Shown here: positions 40,332 through 51,600 of the stretch, in pieces
Layout: the number at the start of each line of letters is the position of its first letter
Numbering within the stretch: the stretch's first letter is position 1
NCBI GenBank assembly: GCA_050273025.1
Contig: CP158635.1
Coordinates: forward strand, 2,728,001 to 2,792,000
Direction: 5' to 3'
Source of the DNA: Cenococcum geophilum
Taxonomy: Eukaryota
DNA: 64,000 bases
Program-made: the position numbers and the translations under genes
The notes under the pieces: model-generated
What the model was told of the DNA's origin: nothing
The model's database searches: none
The model's input: only the letters and a program-made list of their open reading frames with translations

Positions 40332-43300
40332 TATCTGTTTACTAGCTTACTAATATAAGCGAAATATTTGGTTAGCACTAAAATATAAAAGTAATTTAGA
40401 GAATAATAAGGCTAATATAGAAGGAACTATAAAGAAATACTCACCCCGCACTAATAAGATAAAGAAGTCGCCTTAATATAGTTTACTTAGTAACTCTTTT
40501 TAACAAAGCTTATTAACCCCTATCTTACTCTATTAGGGGCAACAGAGAGACTAAGTAGCTTAATTAATTAACTTAACTATAGGCTTAGCCAACTTGATAG
40601 AAAAATTAGTAGCCTGAAAAATAGTAACCGCTATGTTATAAGTTATTTAGGAAAGGTTAATAATTAGATTAACAGCCTAAGAAGTAACTAAAAAGAAAAA
40701 AAAATACTATTAGGCGGTTTTAAAACGAAATTTATACTCTTAAGAGAGGTAGTAATAAAACTTTGGATTATAGAGATAAATAGGTTATAAAGGCTAGAAA
40801 TAAGATTACGGTATTTAAGAGAAAAAGGGCACGCTTAACTTAAGGATAAAGAAGTCTGCAGAATTAAGGAGGAAATTTATTAGCTTAAATAGTATACTCT
40901 TTAGTTATTATATTATTTGTTTATTAAAGGAAATTTATATATTAAATTTAAGCTAGAACTAGCCCTGCCCTTTATAGCAAGTATTTACTATATTAGTAAT
41001 AAGTTAGCAGATCTAACTAGGCTTAGCGTTTAAAGTAACTATATTCCCTATTACGTGTTTAAGTCTAGTTACTCTTTACTATTATCTTCTTTACTAGTAG
41101 AGAATAGAATTTATCCTTAAAATAGAAGTTAGTTTATAGAATAATAGAAGAAAATAGGGCATATGGATATAATAAGAGATATTATATTATAGCAACTATT
41201 TAATTTACTAATACGGCAAACACCCTGGCTATTTTAACTCGCGGAGTTCTACTATTGCCCGTTATATCTCCTATATAAATTTATTACGACGTCCTTCTAG
41301 CTACTTATTTAGACCCTTCTTAAGGACTTATTTTCTCTTCTAATTTAATAAGATAACACCTAGTATAGCCCGCGGTTTCAGAACCTTAGCCTATTTAAAA
41401 ATTAATTATTATTACCTAGCTAACCTCTATATTCCAAAGCATATTATAATGTATTATATCTTAGTATAAAACTCCTAGTTAATAAACGGCTTAAATTAAG
41501 CGCTTAATCTATTCTGTTAAGTATAGCCTATTATTGCCGTTAATATATTAAGAGATTAGTTTCTCTCTAAAACTAAGGAATATTATATAAATAATCTCCG
41601 TAATACCGTTATAGAAATACAGGTGGTTAAAATCGACATTTTTTAGATATACCGGTATATATATACCCTAAATTAGACGAAGGCGCTTATAGATAGCGGT
41701 CTCCTAATTTAGGTAGCTAATAAAGTTAATAACGGTGCATTTTGCGGCTAGGGTATATCTATATAACGTTAACTTAACCTTAAATAGAGCCTCGCGTGCT
41801 CTATATACGCCTATTAGCTTATAATTAGTATCTAAATCTTTTAAGAGTTACTAGCGCATAAGATTAAGGAAGGTAGGTTAGTTAATCTAATAATAGCTCC
41901 CACTGTAATCTCGTATGTTTAGACACGTCTTATTAAGTAAACCCCCCTCCACTAAGCTAAGGAGATATTTTTAGGTATAATACTACCCACCTTTACCTCT
42001 ATGGTGGGAATTGCGATCGGATAATCTACTGGTGGGGTCTGGGGTGGAAATTGCTAAGATAGACGGCTTAGAGTATTAAGATTAAACTTATTATTACTAG
42101 ATTTACTTTAATCCTATAATAGGTAATACTAAGGAGAACTAGTTAACGTTGCTTTAGGTTAGAGCTAAATAGGTAATATAAAGAAAATCGTTTTACTTAA
42201 GTGCCCGGCACTTTAATAAAGGCGTATTATATATAGGAATTATATCTAGTAGATTGTTATAGATTACCTTCTAGCTTTTTAGTTAAGCGGCTACGTTAGT
42301 TTACTAATTCTAATTTTAAGGCGGTATCTTTAGCGCCTAAAGGGTGAATGCTAGTATCTATCTAATGGCGGTTAAATGCAATCAATTTCCTATATTTAAA
42401 TTTAGTACCTATCTAGTTATATACTTAAATATTGAATTAAAATAACACGCGGGCCTTAATCTAATTAGTCTAAGTAGCTAACCATTTATTAATAACCGTA
42501 TAACCAATTTTAACGGCTTAAGGGGTAAGTTTAGTACAGCGTCCCATTATAAGGGAACTGGGAGTTCCCAAGGTTAATATGGTAGAAAAAGGCTTAACTC
42601 GGCACGATTAGTCAATAGACGATACTGTCTATATTTAACACATTATAAATAGCTGTCTCCCTACTGGAGTAGCTGCTTATGGTTTTATCTAGCGCCGTCT
42701 AGTTAGGACTTTACTAGATTAAGGCAAAGCCTCTAATCGGTCTAATTCTATCTACAGCTCGGACTAGATATACCTTATTATCCTGACTTAGGTCCACTTA
42801 GGCTCCGTATAAGGCGGTAAGTCCTCTTCTACTCTAATTATTACCAAATTATTACTGTTTATAATACCTATACTCCTTACTGCCCTTTATAGCTACAGTT
42901 AAAAGTTAAAAGTTTAGGTTGCCTAGTTAATACGCAGTTCCTACTCCTACTTTAAATTTATATTTTATGTAGAAAAACCTATATAAGTTAATGCCTATAT
43001 ATTCTCCTAGCATCTTAAGGTTAATACTTTATTTACTAGCTTTTTGCTTTCCGTATAACTTAAAGTCTTCTTAGCATAGATATAATAAGGCGCTAAATAA
43101 GATTATTTAGTAGCTTCTTTTACGCCTCCTTTAACGCCTTCCGTAGAGCTTTTAAACCCTCCTTTAAATCTCCTATAGTAGCTAATTTAGGGTATAGCTT
43201 ATAAACTAGCCTTTTAAGAGCCTACTAGAGGTGCTTAATTAAGTTAAGATTAGGTAAGTAAGGCGGCCATTCTAGAGTCTAAGTACTATACCTCTTAAGA

Positions 43301-43524
43301 AAGTCCTTTGTATAATTGGAGATATATATAGGTATATTATCTTACATAAAGATTTAGCCTAGGCGGTATTGAGGAAGTAGGCTATAGGTAAAAGTCTCTA
43401 TATATAAGCTAGCATAGTACCCCTTTTTTACGTCGTTAGAATCTCTCTATATAATAATTAATAGGCTCTTATAGAGAACTTGGCTAAGCTATTACTAGCT
43501 TCTTTAGTCTCTAGTATAAGTAGG

Positions 43525-43758
43525 CATTAGGATTTTTTTTGGCCCTGTTATTGCAAGCGAAAATTAGGGTCTGCAAAACCTACGTAAGTCGTAATTTTGG
43601 CAATTTGCGAGCAATTTGTAGCAATTTGCTATAAACATATAGGCCACCTATGCACGCGCCTGGCCTATCTATGTGTTTATAACAAATTGCCAAAATTGCG
43701 ACTTACGCAGACCCCGATTTTCGCTTATAATAACGTGCTTAAAATTTTTTTCCTAATG
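43525..43758. repeat. 234-bp fold-back (MITE-like) left end of element B with a second, internal CCTAATG terminus
   Basis: Arms are reverse complements (GCGAAAATTAGGGTCTGC / GCAGACCCCGATTTTCGC; CGTAAGTCGTAATTTTGGCAATTTG / CAAATTGCCAAAATTGCGACTTACG). Confidence 0.85.
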
Positions 43759-43762
43759 GCTA

Positions 43763-45359
43763 GAGGCTCTGCACGAGGCTCTATATAAAGCTCTATACAA
43801 AGCTCTGCACGAAGCTCTGCACGAAGCTCTATATAAAGCTCTGTATAAAGCTCTGCACGAAGCTCTGCACAAAGCTTTATATAAAGCTCTATATAAAGCT
43901 CTACATAAAGCTCTATATAAAGCTTTGCACGAGGCTCTATAGGCTTTATATAAAGCTCTATATATTAAGGCTCTATATAAGGCTCTACACAAAGCTCTAT
44001 ATAAAGCTTTATATAAAGCTCTATATAAAGCTCTATATAAAGCTCTATATAAAGCTCTATATAAAGCTTTATATAAGGCTCTACGGGCTTTATACAAAGC
44101 TCTATATACTAAGGCTCTATATAAGGCTCTACACGAAGCTTTGTATAAAGCTCTATACGAAGCTCTATATAAAGCTCTACATAAAGCTCTATACGAAGCT
44201 CTATATAAAGCTCTACACAAAGCTTTATATAAGGCTCTACGGGCTCTATATAAAGCTTTACGTACTAAGGCTCTATATAAGGCTTTATATAAAGCTCTAT
44301 ATAAAGCTCTATATAAAGCTCTATATAAAGCTCTATATAAAGCTCTATATAAAGCTCTGCATAAAGCTCTATATAAAGCTTTATACGAAGCTCTATATAA
44401 AGCTCTATATAAAGCTCTATATAAAGCTCTGCACGAAGCTTTATATAAAGCTCTATACGAAGCTCTATATAAAGCTTTATATAAGGCTCTACGGGCTCTA
44501 TATAAAGCTCTGCGTACTAAGGCTCTACATAAGGCTCTATATAAAGCTTTGTATAAAGCTCTATATAAAGCTTTATACAAAGCTCTATATAAAGCTCTAT
44601 ACAAAACTCTATATAAAGCTCTACGAAGCTCTATACAAAGCTCTATATATAGAGGCTCTACACGAGGCTCTGCGCGAAGCTCTACGTACGGAGGCTCTAC
44701 ACAAAGCTCTACACAAAGCCTTTATATATGCGCGCGACACACTACTATCGGGTCCCCGCTATATTCCCAATAGCCTCTACACGTGCCTCTGCCAAGTATA
44801 CCCCTATATACACCTAGGTAGCCACCTCATTTTTTACCCTTCCTTATATCCTCCCTACCTAGGAAGACACCAGAACGACAGCCAGCAGACGACCGTCGCC
44901 GGAGCTAGACGACCGTCGTCGGAGCTAGACGACCGTCGCCGGAGCCGGATGACCGTCGCCGGAGCTAGACGACCGTCAGAGCCAGACGACCGTCGTCAGA
45001 GCTAGACGACCGTCGCCGGAGCCAGATGACCGTCGCCAGAGCTGGACGACCGTCGCCGGAGCCAGATGACCGTCGCCAGAGCTAGACGACCGTCAGAGCC
45101 AGACGACCGTCGTCAGAGCTAGACGACCGTCGCCGGAGCCAGATGACCGTCGCCAGAGCTAGACGACCGTCGTCATCGCCACACGACCGTCGCCAGAGCC
45201 ACATGGCAACCGTTCAAACGACCAGCCAGCGAACACAATAAACGATTCGATTAATCGATCGAATCAAGGTGACATAGACAGGTAGGCACAAACAGGTAGG
45301 CACAGATAGGTAGGCATAGACGGGTAGGTATAGACGGACGGACAGACAGGTAGGTAGGT

Positions 45360-45406
<47 letters not shown>

Positions 45407-45420
45407 TAGGTAGGTAGATA
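43763..45420 (+). repeat. Satellite cassette copy in B
   Basis: 12-bp array 43763-44720 (heavily RIPed to TATAAAGCTCTA), spacer, 21-bp array 44887-45215, palindrome ~45243-45266, GGCA/GGTA tract to 45420. Confidence 0.95.
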
Positions 45421-45749
45421 ATTTAGAGCCTCTACAAGAGGTGTCAGATAATCTGTATTCTCGGTAGCGTAGGACGTGCACTGGTCACGTGCACGGGTCA
45501 CGTGTATTGTAAATATCTATCACATATCGGGGGGGGTCATTTGGCTCGGTTACGGCCCAGGTTAATACGAGGTTAGGGCCACCCCTGCTGATAATTGGCG
45601 CGAACCCCGCACGAGGTCGCGCAGCGACCGCCCCCGAGTACCTTTGCACGCGATTTTGGGCGAAAAGGTACATAATTTAAGTTAGATCGGTACTTCTGGA
45701 CGGTCGCGTAATGTTGCTCTAAATTTCAAACACCCAAACGCGTGCCATT

Positions 45750-46000
45750 CCTATATTAAGGCGTCTCAGTTACTGTAATGTAGTCCTATATTGAGACGTC
45801 TCGGTCGCTAGAGTATAGTCCTGCATCAAGGCGTCTTAGTCACTATAGTATAGTCTTATATTAAGGCGTCTCGGTCACTGCAGTGTAGTCTTACATCGAG
45901 GCGTCTCGGTCACTGCAGTAGTCCTATATCAAGACGTCTCGGTTGCTGCAGTGCAGTCCTACATCGAGGCGTCTCGGTCACTGTAGTAGTCCTATAATGA
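45750..46000 (+). repeat. ~7 tandem copies of a 32-35-bp unit (GTCCTACATCGAGGCGTCTCGGTCACTGCAGTGTA) downstream of the YR gene
   Basis: Directly visible. Confidence 0.9.
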
Positions 46001-46074
46001 GATAGTATTACATATATATATATACTGTTTAATACAGAGCCTTTCCCTCCCTCCCCCGCCCCAAGAGCTAGCAG

Positions 46075-48614
46075 TTAGATATTCTTACAAAGCCAATCTA
46101 AAGAACGCCGGCCCCGTAGCTGCTCCAGCTGGTCAATAGCCTGTCTCTCATCTCTTGCTGTACCGTCTTCTACGCGCCGTCTTATATCCTTAATTATCCT
46201 ACGGCGACGGCTATAAAACATAGCCTCGCCGTCAACCCGCCAGCGCGCCCCCCAGCAGCGATCAAGAGCTTCGATTGACGGCCCACCCGCTAGCCCTAAA
46301 GTCCACTCAGCCCAGAGCTAGAATACCGAATTGCCGCCCCGAAGCATCTTATATTTTCTTAGCGGCGCCTGCGGGTCAAGGATAAATAGGAGAGGTGGTT
46401 AAGTATCTGCTTGCGCCTGCGCTAGCGGGGGCGGCGCGGATATAGTAGACAGCTGAGCGGGGGGTGCGGATATAGCAGACAGCTGAGCGGGGGGTGCGGA
46501 TATAGCAGATAGCGGAGCGGGGGGTGCGGATATAGTAGACAGCTGAGCGGGCGGTGCGGATATGGTAGATAGCTGAGCAGGTGGCGCGGATATGGTAGAC
46601 GTTATGGTAGACGTTATGGTAGACGGTGGATGTACGGACTCCGTAGGCCCTATCCAGATGCCCGTCTTTCCTTGCTGGATCCATATAGGTGCAGGTGCGA
46701 ATGATGCTGATGACCTTTCCATCTCGCTAAGGCGTTCTAAGATCGTATGTACGTGCAACTGAACCCCCTTAATCTCTGAGATTGCGGCCTCGTGTCTTAG
46801 CTTAGCTACGGCCTCATGGGCGGGCCAGTATTTCCGCATTATTAGTTCATTCGGCGTAACTACGTTAGCTAGCGAGCTTTCTACCCGCGCGGCGAACCTC
46901 TGGTACTCCTCGCAGCCAAAGAGGGAGTCCTTCCATAGGGGGTAGAGCGGGAACTGCTTACGTAGGATTACCGAGTCCTGTAATAGGATTACCCTAAGCG
47001 CACGGAGGAGGCGTAGAAATCCTGAGCCCGCAAGGTCAAGCCGTACAACCTCATTATCGGCCCTGTCTGGGTGGTAGGTCTCCATGCGTTTTAGCCAGAC
47101 GTCAGTCTCGGGCCATATCTTTGAGCAGAGGGCCTCCTCTGGCACCTCCCGCGCGCGGGGAAGAAAGTAGCCCTTTCCCTCCTTTGGGAAGCCGGCGATC
47201 GACCGCATAAACGCACGGGGTAGGTAGCTAAGGTAGGCTCCCGTCATCGCGTCCGTATTCCAGCGTCCGGCCCGTCTAATTTGGGTCTCCTTAACGCCGC
47301 TAAGCTCGGCGTGCCGGACGCTCTGCTTACGGGCGCTATGGGTTTTCTCTTTTGAGTAAATCCCTACCCCCTGGAACATCTTCTTATTCCATTCAAACTG
47401 CGTATGATAGCTTAGCGGCCGTTGCGGTACTTTAATGCTGCCAGGGAAGACGTATAGGTTGTAGTAGTCCTCTGGCTGCCGAAAGGATGGGAAGCTCTCA
47501 GCGCCGTCCTTACCCCAGCGGTTAAAGAAGTAGAAGGCTATTGCAGAGAGAGGGCAGAGGATGGGGTCAGTATTGCGCATACAGCCCATATACTCAACCT
47601 TGCCGTGCTGATTCTGCTTCCCCTGTGTCATCGACATAATCATACACGGCGCTGGCTCGTCCGGTTTAGGCCCTTCGTTCTCTAGTTCAATAAGGACGAG
47701 GTCAGCAAGCTGAACGTCCCGTCTACTTTCACCCCGGGTAACGGTAGTATGGCCTAAGGAAAGGAACAGGTTAGAAAACGGTAGCCGTACGGACCAGTAA
47801 TATACGAACCTAATAAATGCTCGGCCGCAGTTCGAAGGTAAGACTCGACTGAACCCGGCATTTTAGAGCCCGTCTCCCAGCACCAAGTGATCGCCCTTTT
47901 AAGCCCTTTAACGTCGTAGCCGCCAGTAATTGTAAATAGGCCTCGGTCGATAAAGTTAACGCGTCGAATCCGGTCCTCGTCGCGGCGGACGCTGTCTAGT
48001 ATCGCCGAGAGCTTCGCCCCCCGCAGCGGCTGCGAGGCCTTGCCTTCCGATTGCCATGCATAGAGCTCAGTAATAGCGGAGACGTAGCTATTTACAACTG
48101 AGTATCGGACTGTCTCGTTGAAAAGGGCGTCTAGGGCCTCCTCGTCCCATATCTCTCCTTCCTCGTCCTTTATGGCTTCTTCCCCTACAGCTGCGGCTGC
48201 CCCTGCGGCTGCCTTCCCCCCTAGCTGCCCTCCCGCCTTAGCCGTCTTCTGCCTCTTCTTCGCCCGCTCGCCATCTTTCCACATCTCTTTCCGTTTCGAC
48301 TTGCGTTTTTGATAGCCAGCGGCCCGTGATTCTCGGTTGACGACTTGCTGCTCTAGAAATAGGCAAAGCTTATCTTCCGTTACCCGGGCGCCGTCCGTAT
48401 TGCCTTCCAGTCTCGCGCACCAGTCTTCCCACTCTTTCTGCTTTGGCTCGTACGCCCTCGTAGTATTCTTCGAGCGCTGGGCCTTATAAATATCCTGTAG
48501 CCGCGCCGTCTGGGCCTTGAATTCGCTCTGGAGGCTATAGGGGGGGGAGGCTGGGGGGGCTTCCTTTGGCCGTAAAGTGGACCGTAGGGTAAGAAGATTC
48601 TTAAAAGACTCCAT
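46075..48614 (-). pseudogene. CryptonF-like tyrosine recombinase (NDC10_II-like domain plus C-terminal GCR1_C-like domain), ~827 codons, 2 exons, two premature stops
   Basis: Exons 48614-47810 and 47753-46075; 56-bp intron GTTCGT..CTAAC..TAG at 47809-47754. Spliced frame EHLLGHTTVTRGESRR..GKQNQ..KTHSARK..AGRWN..MTGAYL gives R-K-HxxR-W-Y. Tail LWAEWTLGLAGGPSIEALDRCWGARWR..FYSRRRRII. In-frame stops TAA 46401-46399 and TAG 46320-46318. Confidence 0.9.
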
Positions 48615-51600
48615 ATCCGCAAGAGGTAAGGGGGAGACGCGTGAGCGCGGCGCGGGTAAATAAAGCCACCGAACGCGTAAATATCACAGGAGAAGAAGAA
48701 GAGAGCTCTATATTATAGAATTAGAATTGCGGTAGGCCTTTCTATATAAAATCAGAAGCCCCGCGCGAGCCATCGCGGGCACGAGAACAGTAGAGGGTTG
48801 GAAAATGGATTGTCGAGGCGACGATGAGGTCGAAGGCGCGCTGAGGCCCTCCATACTAACCCAGTACTAACCTAGGCCTCAAAAACGCGTCCGAAAAGTA
48901 GGGGCCACCACCTAGGGGGGGTGCGATATTTGGACGATATGTCAAGGACCTTGGGGGCTCGTGCGTAACCCGAGGTTATGCCAAGCCTAACCCGGACCTC
49001 CGATACCTCATTATCACAAGACGACCCTGATCGAAATCCTACCTCAATTGTCACAGGACGAGATTCCACGAGATTCCACGAGATTCCACGAGACTCCACC
49101 TCAATCGTCAAAGGACGATCCTAATGACAAGGACGATCCTGCGACAAGGACGATTCTAACGACGAATTCCATCTTAATTCCCATCTGCCTATCAGTCAAA
49201 TGACTTCACCGACGTCGAGTTCGTTAAATACGATCATCCTTAATAAGCTAGAAGACTAGGAGCAATGGATCTGGCAACTATAAGCCCTCGCGGATAAACG
49301 AATTTGGGCCTACGTTGACCCAGACAATATAGTACCTCAACGAGGTCTACTATAAGAACCACCCTATCTAGAAGTTATAGATTTTAATGAGAATGCAACC
49401 TTATATGCATAGCTCTCGACAAATTAACAGAGGGCGTACGAGAATAGCAGACGATACTACGACTAGGATATAAAGTATTTCCTAAAATAAGAAGAGTACC
49501 TTTAATAGATCCGTACCTAAATTACGTCTATAGTATTAATTTAGAAGAAGCTACTGCTTAACCCTTCCTTAATAGTTAAAGAATGGCTATTTTAACTAAA
49601 GGAGAACACGGAATCTACCTTATTATTTATTAGAAAGAAGATATAACACTAGTATATAGAAGCCCTTAAGGGGTTTAAACACTTATTAAAATTAAATTAA
49701 TAGTTAGATTAATAGGAACATATAATAGTACTAAGAGAGAAGTATAAGATCCCTTAAATATCCAATAAAATCTAGCTTTAAGATTTAGTAAAAGTTATTT
49801 AACCTTTTAGCGACGCCTACTATATAAAGTATGCTACCGAGTTAAATAACCCGTAGAAGTTAAGATCTTCTAAATACCGTAAAGTAGTAAAGGAGCTATA
49901 AGAAGGACTTAGAATACCCTTAAAGAAAGCTAATACTACTATAAGAGGGAGTACCTTTAATGCAGACTTCGCAGAGCAAGCTATTAAGGATTACTCTAAT
50001 ACTACTAAAGGTTTATAAAAAGGAAGAGCCTTAGCATATAATAGACGCTTAAAGAGAGCTAGAATATTAGTGGATAAAAAGACGTCCTATAAGAAGCTAA
50101 TGCCTAAGTACTTAGTGTATGGAATACAAGGACACTCTCTATAGGACTATTAGTGTTTATTTAAAGATAAGAGACCTGTAAAAGTTATAATAGGAGATGC
50201 GCGCATTAATAGGGCACTAAAGAAGGTAGAAAAGAATAAGAATTTTATTAACTAAGTTATAAAGATCAGACTTAAAGAATAGGAAGATAAGGCTTAACAA
50301 TAATAGGACGAGAGTTAGGAAGTTAAGATTAAGGAAGAAGCTAATACGATATTCCTAGAATCGTATTATATAGGTTAAATCTATTTACTAAAGCTATTAA
50401 CTATTCTTAACTTAGGAACCACTCTCTATATCTTTAATAACCTCTCTTATTTCTATAACTTTAGGAAAGCTTTAAGACTTAAATACGTCATCGCCGGTAG
50501 CTTAGAAGTGCCTATACTAGGCTATAGTAATATTACTATCTAAGTTACAAAACTAGACAAGAGTAAGGGAATCCTACGTCTTAAGGACGTTACCTTTTAT
50601 ATAGACTTTAATATAAATCTAGTGTTATTCTATCTACTTTAAAAATAAGGGTACTACTAGAATAATAAAGGAGAGAATAATCTTCTAGTTTAAAAGAATA
50701 ACTTAGTCCTATATTAAATGGAAGAATGTTATAGATAATAGACTATTAAATACGTCTAATTAGGAAGTCTATTAGCGTTTAATATAAGCCAACTACTACA
50801 CTAATAGAAGCGTAGAGCATTATTAAGAGACGCTTGTCTAGATTTAAAAGGAGATATATATTTATAGTATCTGCGTCTATGTTATCCAGGACCTATAAGC
50901 CTTTATTATTTAGATCTTAATACTTTAGGAGTTAAGCTTTAAGGCCTAAAGATAACGGAATATTAATATTACAGTCTCGCCAAAATTAAGCGTTAGGTCT
51001 TAAGAAGGTTCTTAAAATAAAATATTAATAAACCTTATCTTAACCTCTATATTAACTGGACTGACCTTAAGGAAGCATATACTGGATTTATATAAGTTAT
51101 ATTTATCTATAACACCTTCTTAGGAAGAACCTTCCCATATTTTATAATAACATATAGTAAAGAAAAGGAGACACTATAAGTGCTTAAAGATTTTACCTAA
51201 TAGATTCGTCTAAGGTATAACCTTAAGGTTAATACTATTAGATTAGATAATAAGCTAGGGAAAAGGAGAACCCTTAAATAGCTACGGACTTAAGGAATTA
51301 TATTTAAGCCTTTGGCGCTATATACCTAAGCTTAAAACAATACCGCCGAACGCTTAGGGGGTATAATCGTTAAGAGATTATAAGCAATAAGAATTACTGC
51401 TAATTTACTACACGACCTATAGAACGAGATAGTTAACTATATAGTCTACCTTTAAGATTAAACGCCACTAAAAAGCAATAGTTGGAAATTGCTATATAAG
51501 AAGTTCTATACCTTCCTAGCTAATAGGTTAAGAAAGCCGCAACTAGCGCACCTAAAAGCCTACGGCTGTAGGGCGTACGCGATAACGTTGGACGCCTAGC

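Larger units (their letters stand above)
45519..49005 (-). mobile_element. Crypton-like (tyrosine recombinase) DNA transposon, ~3.5 kb
   Basis: GC-rich island that begins exactly where LTR homology stops. Imperfect inverted ends TATCGG (45525) and CCGATA (49000-49005). Contains the YR gene. Right end uncertain between 49005 and 49018. Confidence 0.8.

Noticed and set aside
46075..48614. Starship captain (DUF3435) or a domesticated NDC10 gene
   Set aside because: The motifs and GCR1_C-like tail fit CryptonF. The element is only ~3.5 kb, has no cargo and lies inside a Copia.
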